Positions 1 to 9,758 of a stretch of 64,000 bases of DNA are shown here, in pieces. The stretch lies in the sequence record DRR378314_419. One strand, given 5' to 3'. The translations under genes and the position numbers were made by a program. How positions within the stretch are numbered: position 1 is the stretch's first letter; each line of letters starts with the position of its first letter. A model generated the notes under the pieces. That model saw nothing but the letters and a program-made list of their open reading frames with translations, was not told the origin of the DNA and did no database searches.

Positions 1-29
1 CGTAGGTTCAAATCCTACCCCCGCAACCA
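1..29 (+). tRNA. 3' part of a tRNA (T-arm, acceptor strand, CCA), most like initiator tRNA-Met; 5' part lies outside the window
   Basis: GTAGG-TTCAAAT-CCTAC T-arm followed by CCCGCAACCA, matching the usual tRNA-fMet 3' end. The anticodon is not visible. Confidence 0.85.
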
Positions 30-36
30 AAACGTC

Positions 37-62
37 AAAACCCGCCAATCGGCGGGTTCTTG
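37..62 (+). terminator. Intrinsic terminator after the tRNA
   Basis: AACCCGCC-AATC-GGCGGGTT hairpin followed by T-rich sequence. Confidence 0.75.
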
Positions 63-250
63 CGTTTTGAGCTACCGCAGGACTACCTGTGTATGGTTTA
101 CCTTCCAGCTAATTTGGCTGCTTCTTCAATGTGCTTCGATAAATTGTATTTAGTTATATATTTATAAACTTCAAAACCATTTCTTTTTATTTGAGATGGT
201 GAAGCTCCGACGCGAGCACCGGGATTTATATGATCACTTAAATGGTGGAT

Positions 251-277
251 TGAAATGCCCCTAAATTTGTAGACACC
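251..277 (+). mobile_element. Possible solitary IS3-family terminal inverted repeat (scar)
   Basis: TGAAATGCCCCTAAATTTGTAGACACC resembles IS3-family ends (TG...CCCC...TAGACAC). No transposase or second end was seen. Confidence 0.35.
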
Positions 278-305
278 TTGCAGTTGAAAAATGAAGCAAG
301 GGGTT

Positions 306-1724
306 TTAGATCATGTTTTTGGGTTGTACCCATTCGTTAAACTGATCTGAGGTTACAAACTTTAGCTGCAGTGCTGCCTCTTTTAAGGTTAGGTTTTGGG
401 CGTGGGCTCTGAGGGCAATTTTAGCGGCTTTATCATACCCGATATGCGGCGTCAGGGCCGTCACTAACATCAGGGACTGCTCCATTAAATTCTGGATATT
501 TGCTTCATTGGCAGTCATGCCAAGAACGCAGTTGCGGGTGAAACTGGTGAGGGCATCTGCCAGCAATTGAATGGATTGAAGCAAGTTGTAAATAATGACG
601 GGTTTAAAGGCATTTAATTCGAAATGGCCGTTCGATCCGGCGATGGTGACGGTAACATGATTGCCCATAACCTGAGCGCAGACCTGCGTTAGGGCTTCAC
701 ATTGGGTCGGGTTGATTTTCCCTGGCATAATTGAAGACCCTGGCTCATTCGCCGGAAGTGTGAGCTCATTGAGGCCGCTTTTTGGACCGCTGGCAAGGAA
801 GCGAATATCATTTGCAATTTTCATATTGCTGACGGCAAGCGTGTTTAAGGTTCCCGAGAATTCGACAGCCGCATCATGAGCTGCAATTGCCTCAAATTTG
901 TTCGTTGCTGATGTGAAAGGCAAGCCTGTCATCTTGGCAATTCGTGTTGCGAAGAGGTCGCCAAATTTGGGCGAGGTGTTAAGTCCCGTACCAACCGCCG
1001 TTCCCCCTTGCGCCAACTCAAGAATGCGGGGAAATGAGGTGTTGACGCGGGTCAGACCTAATTCAATTTGCCTGGCATAGCCAGAAAACTCCTGCCCCAA
1101 TGTGAGGGGAGTGGCGTCCTGCGTATGGGTTCGGCCTATTTTAATGATATGATTAAAATCAGTAACCTTCTTGAGCAGAGCTTCGTGCAGATATGTGAGT
1201 GCCGGGATGAGTGATTTTTCGACCTCTGTTGCGATTGCAATTGACATTACGGTTGGAAAGGTATCGTTGGAACTTTGCCCCAGATTGACATGATCTTGTG
1301 GGTGAACCGGTGTTTTGCTGCCCAGTTTCCCGCCAAGAAGCTCAATGGCGCGATTGGCGATCACTTCATTTGCGTTCATGTTGGTTTGCGTGCCGGATCC
1401 GGTTTGCCATACAGCCAAGGGAAAGTGAGTGTCCAGTTTCCCCTCCATAACCTCTTTGGCTGCTGAAACAATGGCTTGGGCGAGCTTCTTGTCCAACAAT
1501 CCCAACTCAAGGTTTGTTTGGGCCGCTGCCATTTTCTGCATCCCCAGCGCCCTAATAATCGGGGCCGGTATCTTTTCGCTGCCAATTTTAAAGTTTTCCA
1601 GTGACCGTTGAGTTTGTGCACCCCAGTACTTGCCGGAGGGAACCTCAATCTTTCCTAAACTATCACTTTCTATTCTTTTGTTCGGCACAGGGGCCTCCTT
1701 TGACATTTTCATACTAACTTGCAT
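306..1724 (-). CDS. fumC: Class II fumarate hydratase
   Basis: [36 protein letters not shown] and the [15 protein letters not shown] fumarate-lyase signature. The true start may be 1712 or 1706. Confidence 0.95.
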   Translation of the reverse strand: MQVSMKMSKEAPVPNKRIESDSLGKIEVPSGKYWGAQTQRSLENFKIGSEKIPAPIIRALGMQKMAAAQTNLELGLLDKKLAQAIVSAAKEVMEGKLDTHFPLAVWQTGSGTQTNMNANEVIANRAIELLGGKLGSKTPVHPQDHVNLGQSSNDTFPTVMSIAIATEVEKSLIPALTYLHEALLKKVTDFNHIIKIGRTHTQDATPLTLGQEFSGYARQIELGLTRVNTSFPRILELAQGGTAVGTGLNTSPKFGDLFATRIAKMTGLPFTSATNKFEAIAAHDAAVEFSGTLNTLAVSNMKIANDIRFLASGPKSGLNELTLPANEPGSSIMPGKINPTQCEALTQVCAQVMGNHVTVTIAGSNGHFELNAFKPVIIYNLLQSIQLLADALTSFTRNCVLGMTANEANIQNLMEQSLMLVTALTPHIGYDKAAKIALRAHAQNLTLKEAALQLKFVTSDQFNEWVQPKNMI

Positions 1725-1860
1725 TAGACGCGAAGAAGCCTCAATAAATTTTTTAAACAGTGGCTATTTGCAAATCCCAAATGCCTTAGTGCGATATTCC
1801 CTGCGGTTGGAGCGTCAAAAATCTTCTCGCAACGCTCTGCAATGACTTTCAGAGATTAGT

Positions 1861-4800
1861 CTAATGAAAATTTCTGCCTTTGGGGAGAGCTGTGGTGTTG
1901 CGTGGATGGCGCCATACGGTGTGGGCGGGCTTTTCCTGGCTGGCGGTTCTACTGTCCTTATCCCCCTCCAAAATAGCTCTCAGGTGAGGGGTGAGATCTT
2001 CAACCTGTTTAGCAATGATATGGATGACGCCATCTTCTTTTTGCAAGTTGCCAGTTATCTGAATTGCGGGGCATCCAAGGAGAATGCGACGGTACTGTTC
2101 AAATATTTTTGGCCAGACAATTACGTTCATTGTTCCGAATTCATCTTCCAGCGTGAGAAAGATAACACCGGAGGCTGAGCCGGGGCGCTGCCGTACAAGG
2201 ACCAATCCAGCGACGTGAATTTGTCTGCTGGCTATACACTGGGGGAGTTGCTGGGCTGTTTTGATGCCTTTTTTCTTTAAGTGTGAGCGCAAAAAGGAAA
2301 GCGGGTGTGCTTTTAAAGACAAACGCAGACTATGGTAATCTTCCACGACATGCTGTCCTAGGGGCATGCTGGGGAGTTGGATTTCGACTTCTTGCTGCAC
2401 AGCCTGTTCCTTGGTGGCAAAAGCAGAGAAGAGAGGGAGCTCTTCGATGGCACCGCGCTGCCTATTTTGTCCCATTAACCCCCGAACAGCCCATAAGGCA
2501 TCGCGCCGGTTTAAACCAATGGAGCGAAACGCATCGGCATTCGCAAGAGCCTCCAGCGATTTTATATCAATACCGGTGCGAAAATAGAGATCCCGAACAC
2601 TGTCGTATCCCGACTTGCGGTGGAGGATCAACTGGTCGGCCATTGGAGATCGCAGGCCCTTAATTTGCCGAAGACCCAGGCGGACAGCATATGTGTATTG
2701 TCCGCCGGCAAGCGGCTCTAATGTGTAATCCCAGTCACTGAGGTTGATATCAGCCGGAAGTGCCGTGCCCCCATGTTTTTGAAAATCCCGAATAAGGGAA
2801 GATGCTGAATAAAACCCCATTGGTTGTGAATTCAAAAGGGCTGTGGTGAAGACATCGGGATAATGACATTTCAGCCAGGCAGAAATATAGGCCAGTAAGG
2901 CAAAGCTGGCGGAGTGGCTTTCGGGAAAGCCATAATCGCTGAAGCCTTCTATTTGCTTGAAGCAGCGTTCGGAAAATTCCAGCGTATAGTCATTTTTAAG
3001 CATCCCATTGATGAATTTCTTCTGAAAATTTGAAATCTCTCCACTATGACGAAAGGTTGCCATGGCGCGGCGAAGACCGTCGGCTTCTTCGGGGGTAAAC
3101 CCTGCGGCAACGATAGCGATTTGCATGGCCTGTTCCTGAAACAAAGGAACACCTTTGGTTTTTTCTAAAACGGCACGGAGGGCCTCGGAAGGGTACGTCA
3201 CATCTTCAAGCCCTTGGCGCCGTCTTAAATAAGGATGAACCATATCACCCTGAATGGGGCCAGGACGCACGATCGCAACCTCTATCACCAGGTCGTAAAA
3301 TTCTTTGGGTTTTAGACGGGGAAGCATGGACATTTGTGCCCGGCTTTCGATTTGGAACACACCAACGGTGTCGGCTTTCTGGATCATTTGGTAAGTTGCC
3401 GCATCTTCCCGGGGAACATCGGCAAGGATCATGGAAACGTGATAGTGTTCTCGCAAAAGATCAAAAGCCTTTCGAATACAGGTCAGCATTCCAAGGGCCA
3501 GAATATCAATTTTGAGCATGCCAAGGGCGTCAAGATCATCCTTGTCCCACTCTACGATTGTGCGATCTTCCATAGCGGCATTGGCTACCGGTACCAGATC
3601 CACCAAGGCATCGCGGGTAATGACAAAACCGCCGACATGTTGGGACAGGTGACGAGGGAAGCCGATTAAGTCTCTGCTGAGGCGCAGGGTTTGCCGCACG
3701 GTTTGATCGGCAAAATCAACTCCTGTAAGCGCAATATCATCTGAGCTAAGCCCTTTGGAGCTTTGCCCCCACACATTGCTGGCAAGGGCGCTCACCACAT
3801 CATCGGAAAGGCCCATGGCTTTTCCGACTTCGCGAACGGCGCTTCTGGTGCGATAAGTGACAACGGTGGCTGCAAGGCCGGCCCGGTGGCGGCCGTACCG
3901 GTTATAGATATACTGAATAATCTCTTCTCGCCGTTCATGTTCAAAATCCACATCAATATCCGGCGGCTCATCCCGTTCTGAGGAAACAAAACGTTCAAAT
4001 AAAAGATCAATCTCTGAAGGGTTTACAGCGGTAATTCCCAAGCAATAACAGACCGCAGAATTTGCCGCAGAACCGCGCCCCTGGCAGAGAATTGGCGGCT
4101 CCAGTGAGCGGGCGTAGCGGACAATGTCATAAACGGTCAGGAAATAAGGCGCATACTCAAGAGAGCTGATGAGTGTCAGTTCATGGTCAAGTATGGCTTT
4201 AACTTTTCCGGGAATACCTTCAGGATACCGATTTGTCGCGCCAATCCATGTCAACCGTTCTAACTCCGCCTGTGGCGTTGGGCTGTCACCGCTTGGCTCA
4301 TCCGGATACTGATATGCCAGTTCATCAAGTGAGAAGCGGCATTGATCGGCGATTTTGAGGCTCTGTGCGAGTGCATCTGGGTATCCGGGGAAGAGCCGGC
4401 CTATTTCTGTTGGGCTTTTCAAATAACGTTCTGCATTGGCGTTCAGATGAAGCCCTGCTTTGTCAATCGTGACATGTTCGCGAATGCAGGTGAGCACATC
4501 CTGTAATGGGCGGCGATCTGGTTGGTGGTAAAGTACATCATTGGTTATGACCGTCAAAATTCCAACTTGGGCTGCAAAGTTTGAAAGCCGGTCAATCCGT
4601 TCAAAATCATCGGCGGAAAAGCTCCGCGTGAGAGAGAGGTAACACTGATCGGGGATTTCAGAGGCCATCTTTTGAGAGGTTCTCTGAAAAGTGTCATCAA
4701 GCGTTGGCGGCGGTGTGATTATAAAAATTTGCCCTTCGGCATGCGCCAATAGATCCTCTATCGTCAGATGACATGCTCCCTTTTCCGCGCGCCGGTTTCC

Positions 4801-5085
4801 CAGCGTTAAAAGGCGGCTCAGACGACTATAAGCGGCCTTGTCCGTTGGCAGGCAAACGCATTCAAATCCGTTCATCAGGATAAGGCGTGCGCCGACAATC
4901 AGGCGAATATGGTGTTGTTTGGCTGCTTTATATGCGCGAACAATACCGGCAAGGGTGTTGCGATCTGCAATGCCAACGGCTGTATATCCAAGGGCTGCGG
5001 CTTGCGCGATGAGTTCATGTGCATGAGAGGCGCCGTGCAGAAAACTGTAATTGCTGGTGATGGTCAGTTCGCAATAATTTGTCAT
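1861..5085 (-). CDS. dnaE2: Error-prone DNA polymerase III alpha subunit DnaE2 (ImuC)
   Basis: N-terminal PHP domain (SNYSFLHGASH), CQGRGSAANS, PDIDVDFEHERREE, YGFPESH, C-terminal OB fold and the GRNFH end typical of DnaE2. Confidence 0.96.
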   Translation of the reverse strand: MTNYCELTITSNYSFLHGASHAHELIAQAAALGYTAVGIADRNTLAGIVRAYKAAKQHHIRLIVGARLILMNGFECVCLPTDKAAYSRLSRLLTLGNRRAEKGACHLTIEDLLAHAEGQIFIITPPPTLDDTFQRTSQKMASEIPDQCYLSLTRSFSADDFERIDRLSNFAAQVGILTVITNDVLYHQPDRRPLQDVLTCIREHVTIDKAGLHLNANAERYLKSPTEIGRLFPGYPDALAQSLKIADQCRFSLDELAYQYPDEPSGDSPTPQAELERLTWIGATNRYPEGIPGKVKAILDHELTLISSLEYAPYFLTVYDIVRYARSLEPPILCQGRGSAANSAVCYCLGITAVNPSEIDLLFERFVSSERDEPPDIDVDFEHERREEIIQYIYNRYGRHRAGLAATVVTYRTRSAVREVGKAMGLSDDVVSALASNVWGQSSKGLSSDDIALTGVDFADQTVRQTLRLSRDLIGFPRHLSQHVGGFVITRDALVDLVPVANAAMEDRTIVEWDKDDLDALGMLKIDILALGMLTCIRKAFDLLREHYHVSMILADVPREDAATYQMIQKADTVGVFQIESRAQMSMLPRLKPKEFYDLVIEVAIVRPGPIQGDMVHPYLRRRQGLEDVTYPSEALRAVLEKTKGVPLFQEQAMQIAIVAAGFTPEEADGLRRAMATFRHSGEISNFQKKFINGMLKNDYTLEFSERCFKQIEGFSDYGFPESHSASFALLAYISAWLKCHYPDVFTTALLNSQPMGFYSASSLIRDFQKHGGTALPADINLSDWDYTLEPLAGGQYTYAVRLGLRQIKGLRSPMADQLILHRKSGYDSVRDLYFRTGIDIKSLEALANADAFRSIGLNRRDALWAVRGLMGQNRQRGAIEELPLFSAFATKEQAVQQEVEIQLPSMPLGQHVVEDYHSLRLSLKAHPLSFLRSHLKKKGIKTAQQLPQCIASRQIHVAGLVLVRQRPGSASGVIFLTLEDEFGTMNVIVWPKIFEQYRRILLGCPAIQITGNLQKEDGVIHIIAKQVEDLTPHLRAILEGDKDSRTASQEKPAHTVWRHPRNTTALPKGRNFH

Positions 5086-6671
5086 GAGAAAAACCCATGA
5101 ATAAACCAGCAGGGGAGATCCTTGGGACGGTTATAAAGCCCATCGCGATAGATCCAGAAACGGTATCCATCAGCATCTTCAATCCGATAATAGTCCCGGG
5201 TTTGAAGACTGTTTTGCGGTGTGCATTGCCACCATTCCGGGGCAATGCGTTCCGGGCCTTCAGCCGCGATAATTGTATGGCGGCGGCGGCGCCATTCAAA
5301 GCGAACGGGCGGACCATCGGGAACCTCCGCCAGCACCGTGATAGGGGCTGCTTGTGGTAACAATAACAAAGGGCGCAGTGGCTGGCGAAGGGGATAGGAT
5401 GCAGAGACCTGTTTCATGTTAACAGGTATTTTCTGGACGGCGCGTTCCGGTAGATGGCTGTCGGCCTCTTTCCAATGACTGATGTGATCAAATCCAAACC
5501 GATTGCCAAAGCGATCCAGTAATCGGTTTAAACTTTCCTGAGTGTTGTTTTCATTTGCCTTCCAACTGACCTGCTGATCTTGACGTATGTCGACATCGAA
5601 AGCCTCTAACGTCATCAGATCATAGCCAAATCCGGCATCCATTTCTTCTCCCAATTGACAGAGACGTTCCTGAAAAAGGAGCAGCATATGAGGAGCTTCG
5701 TGGCAGGGGCGGCTCGTGTTGACGGAGATTTGCTCCAAATGACCATCAATGCGAAATAGATTTAGTTGCAGGCATCGGGCGGCTTTTTTATGTTTTCCCA
5801 ATAGATTGACCATGCGGGCCGTCAAATCCACCAAGGCAAGTGAAATGTCTTCCAGATAGAGGACAGGTTCCATAAATGGATGACTTAATCGATAGGCTGG
5901 AGGCGGAAAGAGCGGGTCAAAAATTTCAACTGTTTCACCTGTCGCCTGCTGCAGGCGGTTGGCCACCATGGGACCAAAACGGGTGGTCAGAGGGGCTGTC
6001 GGCATATCCAGAAGCATATTTATCTGCTGCAGCCCCAGTTGAGACAAGCGGTTCAGAATATTTTGCTCAAGACGCAGGGCTGAGATCGGTAAGGGCGATA
6101 AAAAGAGACGTTCCTCTCCAGCGGGGACGAGAGTTAAGTCTTCTGATCCGAAATGAGCTGCTGCCCAAGCAGTTCCTATTGTGCTGGCAAGTCCAAGGCG
6201 ACCTGTGAGGCCGAGTTGGCAAAGGCGTCTCTGGAGATCCATCATCATCGCGTCTTCACCACCAAACAGATGGGCACATCCGGTGATATCAATGAAGATG
6301 TCATCAGGGGCGCGGGCCGTTACGATTGGACTGTATCGCAGGCACCATAATGTCAGATGCCGTAAGCGCTCCCTGTCCAGATCCGGCGTTGCACTTTCGG
6401 TTATTAAATCGGCGGCAAGCGCGCGCGCATCAGCCAGAGGCATCCCTACGGAAATGCCCGAAATTTTTGCCACCTGATTAACCGCAGTTATTTCGAGACC
6501 TCTAGACCCGCTCTGAAACAGGGCAAAAGGTGTATAACAGACCTTCTCAGCTGCCGGTTTGGTCGAGCCGATGGCTGTTTGTTGTGACGGCCGTGCGGAA
6601 TTTCTGTCGCGGGCGCGTAGCCGGCTTTCGAGGGGCCAATGGGGAAGCCAAATGGAAAGAAAACGTCTCAT
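5082..6671 (-). CDS. imuB: Y-family polymerase-like accessory protein ImuB
   Basis: MRRFLSIWLPHW, GMPLADARA, DITGCAHLFGGE, GPERIAPEWW...RDYYRIED...FWIYR; located between imuA and dnaE2. Confidence 0.93.
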   Translation of the reverse strand: MRRFLSIWLPHWPLESRLRARDRNSARPSQQTAIGSTKPAAEKVCYTPFALFQSGSRGLEITAVNQVAKISGISVGMPLADARALAADLITESATPDLDRERLRHLTLWCLRYSPIVTARAPDDIFIDITGCAHLFGGEDAMMMDLQRRLCQLGLTGRLGLASTIGTAWAAAHFGSEDLTLVPAGEERLFLSPLPISALRLEQNILNRLSQLGLQQINMLLDMPTAPLTTRFGPMVANRLQQATGETVEIFDPLFPPPAYRLSHPFMEPVLYLEDISLALVDLTARMVNLLGKHKKAARCLQLNLFRIDGHLEQISVNTSRPCHEAPHMLLLFQERLCQLGEEMDAGFGYDLMTLEAFDVDIRQDQQVSWKANENNTQESLNRLLDRFGNRFGFDHISHWKEADSHLPERAVQKIPVNMKQVSASYPLRQPLRPLLLLPQAAPITVLAEVPDGPPVRFEWRRRRHTIIAAEGPERIAPEWWQCTPQNSLQTRDYYRIEDADGYRFWIYRDGLYNRPKDLPCWFIHGFFS

Positions 6672-7449
6672 GATCCCATTCCAGTATCCAGTTACCAGTT
6701 TTACCGCCCTTGCAGCGGGTTAATGTGATCTGCCAGCGGGGGCGGCCCATGGCAGGTGTATGCGCATTGCGATAGGTGATGGCGCGGCTGGGCCGCGGCG
6801 AGATTTGCCAGCGGGTCGCTGCCGCTGTCGTGCTGCCCTGTTCTGTTCCGACTGCAGCCGTATGCGGGCGAAGGAGAAGCAGGCGGCTATCATGCCGTCC
6901 AGCACGTAAGGACAGGCGGCGACTTGCCGTGAAATCGTAGATTTTCTCGGAACCTGGATTGACACCTACAATCAGAGGGGGGCGGGTCATGGACAATCCC
7001 TCTTCAAGGGCCCATAACATATCTTTTTCCAGTCGTGCGCTGACAGTCAGAAACCGAGGTGTCGGAGCCCCGCTTAGCGATAGGCCGGGCAGATAAGGCA
7101 GACTTGGAAAATCGGTCCGACCAAGCACATGACACCATAATATTGGCGTTTCAGATGTGCTTTCCTGCTGGTTAAGGCGATGTAAAAAACAGATCATGAA
7201 GCCAAGTGCGGCTGGAAAATCCGCAGCGGAGGCCGGGATAAATTCATGAATAGCCCCCGCAGCAATTTTCCCGTCAGGGAGCGCTGCATCCAAGGGTTCA
7301 ATTTCAAAGAAACCTTTGCTGGCAGTCTTCGTTTGTGAATTCGGGTCGGTAAAGACAGATTGCGCCTTGTGATCATAGCCTTGCTGGATACGGGTCTCAT
7401 AGATCTGCCGTTTTAATTTTCTGAATTCTCCACGTTTTGCAACTGACAT
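6547..7449 (-). CDS. imuA: RecA-like mutasome protein ImuA
   Basis: LDAALPDG...GAIHE, DMLWALEEGL, ASRRLSLRA, AATRWQI, LTRCKGG motifs; first gene of the cassette. Confidence 0.9.
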   Translation of the reverse strand: MSVAKRGEFRKLKRQIYETRIQQGYDHKAQSVFTDPNSQTKTASKGFFEIEPLDAALPDGKIAAGAIHEFIPASAADFPAALGFMICFLHRLNQQESTSETPILWCHVLGRTDFPSLPYLPGLSLSGAPTPRFLTVSARLEKDMLWALEEGLSMTRPPLIVGVNPGSEKIYDFTASRRLSLRAGRHDSRLLLLRPHTAAVGTEQGSTTAAATRWQISPRPSRAITYRNAHTPAMGRPRWQITLTRCKGGKTGNWILEWDHETFSFHLASPLAPRKPATRPRQKFRTAVTTNSHRLDQTGS

Positions 7450-7497
7450 TGCTCAGAATCCTTTGCTTTGCCTTTGAGAGGAGTAGAACACTGTATA

Positions 7498-7512
7498 GAA
7501 CAAAATAGGAAC
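7498..7512 (-). promoter_or_regulatory. Alphaproteobacterial LexA (SOS) box upstream of imuA
   Basis: GAAC-AAAATAG-GAAC (GAAC-N7-GAAC; GTTC-N7-GTTC on the coding strand) about 50 nt upstream of the imuA start. An extra GAAC lies at 7486-7489. Confidence 0.9.
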
Positions 7513-7591
7513 ATTCAAGATTTACTGAGGGATTGTGTCGGGGGTGTCTGTTGTAAAAAAGATTGCTTATAGTTCTGTCGATGTCTGTATA

Positions 7592-7816
7592 ATGCACCGG
7601 GTCAGGAGGTGTTCACACTGGATAATGAGGCATCAAACGAAAGATACGGCGCTTTTGAGATGCCGGAACTGGCGTTTCAGATCTGAGGCTCGTTTGAAAT
7701 CCAATGAACATCACCGTAAAGCGTGTCTACTCTTGAAGATGCCATACGCAAAGGCTACCTAAAATAAGGCGGTACAGTGGATCTGTTTATCTTGGGGTGG
7801 CTTTACATTCTCTGGC
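7592..7816 (+). pseudogene. Heavily decayed C-terminal fragment of a FabH/KAS III-like gene
   Basis: Collinear fragments across frames: GQEVF, WIMRHQ, TSP*SVSTLEDAIRKGYLK*GGTV, GGFTFSG, recalling FabH GxEVFK, WLVPHQ, NTSAASIPLALDEAVxxGxLKxGDxV, GGGFTWG. Confidence 0.4.
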
Positions 7817-7852
7817 GACAGACATTTCAAGAGGTTGCAGTAAAGGCTTCAA

Positions 7853-9757
7853 ATGGTAAGTTGGAGCAATAGAGGAACGACCGCGTTTTTATGTGTATTT
7901 TCCAATATCCTTGCTAAGGGGCAGACAGAGATCCATACATTGTTTCAATATTCTTACCGAATTGGCCCTGCTCTATTGTTAATGATGTCCGTTTTGGTTC
8001 TGTGGTGCGTACCAATGATGGTTGCCGCGCAAGAGACGGACGTTCAAAAGGAAAATAGCTGGGCTTACGAAGTGAAAATTTCCACATCTTCGGATGTGGG
8101 GCTAGTGGACCTGCTTGAACAGTCCTCCAGATTGATCCAGCTAAAAGACAGCCCACCCACCAGTCTGGCAGGGCTCAAGAGGCGTATTCAGGAAGACGAG
8201 GAAGGATTTGACAAGGTTCTTCGTTCTGAAGGTTATTATGCCAATGTTATAAAAACGACAATCGATCGATCTACGCAGCCCCTTCATATCAAGGTCGTCG
8301 CAGACGTTGGGCCATTATATAAAATCGATACCTATCAGATTTCCTATCGGGTCCTGGAAACACAGCCGCCAGCGCTTGATCTGACGGCACTTTCTGCAAA
8401 AGAGGGGATGGCGGCGCGCGCCGAAGTGATCCTTAATTCCCAAAAGCAGGCGATTGCCCAATTGGAAAATTTGGGATTTCCCGAAGCTAAGGTTTTTGAG
8501 CAGAAAACGGTAGTTGATTTCAAAGACAGTACAATGGACGCGACCCTGATCATCGAACCGGGTCCATATATTCGGCTGGGGGCGTTGGAACTGGAAGGTT
8601 TGCAGCAGGTCAATGCCGAACATATGAGGCGCCTTTCAGGCTGGGTCAAAAACGTTACATATCGCAAATCAACTTTGGAACAGTTGCGCCAGGTTTATTT
8701 GGATACGGGCCTGTTTGAAGCGGTCAGGTATCAAGTTCCAAAAGATTTGAAACAGGATGCAACCGTTCCGGTAACCTTTATATTTACCGAGCGTAAACAT
8801 CGGTCAGTTGGTGCCGGGCTGGAATATTCGTCCAGCGAAGGATTAGGTTCAACTGTTTACTGGGAACATCGCAATTTCTTTGGCCAGGGGGAAAAGCTGA
8901 GAGCGGACCTTCAGGTGTCTGAAATAACCCAGGAGCTGGCCGTAGGCTTTACAAAGCCGAACGTATTCATGCGTCATCAAAACCTGAATTTGGACGCCAA
9001 TATCAAACATGAAAATACCGATGCTTACACAGAAGACAGCGCCCGTGTTTATTTAGGGTTGGATCGACGTTGGGCGAAGCACTGGACATTAGGCGGAGGC
9101 GGGTTTTTCGAATTTTCCAGTGTGGAGGAAAATGACGAAACCGAGGATTTCGCGTATTTTGGAACGCCGTTCACAGCCGTCTTTGATAATACAGATGACT
9201 TGCTGGATCCATCTACAGGCTATCGGTTAGGGGCGACAGTAACCCCTCATCTTGGGCTGAATGCAGTTTCATCAAATTTTTTGACGACGGAATTATATGG
9301 ATCGACCTACTATTCAGTATTGGATGAAAAACGTCTGATTTTGGCATTGCGAGGGAGGGTCGGCAGCCTGCTGGGCGATAGCACGGCGGATATACCTGCG
9401 GTAAAACGGTTTTATTCAGGTGGCGGTGGATCCGTTCGCGGGTATGAATTTCAGGTGGTTGGACCACTGGATGGGGACAATGATCCAAGTGGGGGTCGAT
9501 CCGTCGTTGAAGTCGGTATGGAAGCGCGTATCCGTGTCACTGATACGGTTGGCATTGTTCCTTTCGTTGAAGGGGGCAATGTATATGAAGATATGAACCC
9601 GGATCTGTCTGCAGATTTTCAATGGGCAGCAGGTTTAGGGGCACGCTATTATACGCCCTTTGGCCCCCTTCGTTTCGACGTCGCTGTCCCGCTCAATCCA
9701 CGAACAGGCGTGGATGATGATTTCCAATTCTACATCAGTATTGGTCAGGCATTTTAA
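7853..9757 (+). CDS. tamA: Translocation and assembly module outer-membrane protein TamA (Omp85 family)
   Basis: LRSEGYY POTRA region, RFYSGGGGSVRGY, GLGARYYTPFGPLRFDVAVP, C-terminal YISIGQAF. The true start is probably downstream, near the signal-like segment. Confidence 0.92.
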   Translation: MVSWSNRGTTAFLCVFSNILAKGQTEIHTLFQYSYRIGPALLLMMSVLVLWCVPMMVAAQETDVQKENSWAYEVKISTSSDVGLVDLLEQSSRLIQLKDSPPTSLAGLKRRIQEDEEGFDKVLRSEGYYANVIKTTIDRSTQPLHIKVVADVGPLYKIDTYQISYRVLETQPPALDLTALSAKEGMAARAEVILNSQKQAIAQLENLGFPEAKVFEQKTVVDFKDSTMDATLIIEPGPYIRLGALELEGLQQVNAEHMRRLSGWVKNVTYRKSTLEQLRQVYLDTGLFEAVRYQVPKDLKQDATVPVTFIFTERKHRSVGAGLEYSSSEGLGSTVYWEHRNFFGQGEKLRADLQVSEITQELAVGFTKPNVFMRHQNLNLDANIKHENTDAYTEDSARVYLGLDRRWAKHWTLGGGGFFEFSSVEENDETEDFAYFGTPFTAVFDNTDDLLDPSTGYRLGATVTPHLGLNAVSSNFLTTELYGSTYYSVLDEKRLILALRGRVGSLLGDSTADIPAVKRFYSGGGGSVRGYEFQVVGPLDGDNDPSGGRSVVEVGMEARIRVTDTVGIVPFVEGGNVYEDMNPDLSADFQWAAGLGARYYTPFGPLRFDVAVPLNPRTGVDDDFQFYISIGQAF

Positions 9758-9758
9758 C

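Noticed and set aside
6547-6671. 125-nt imuA/imuB overlap as a novelty
   Set aside because: Overlap of the ImuA tail with the imuB start is common in this cassette.
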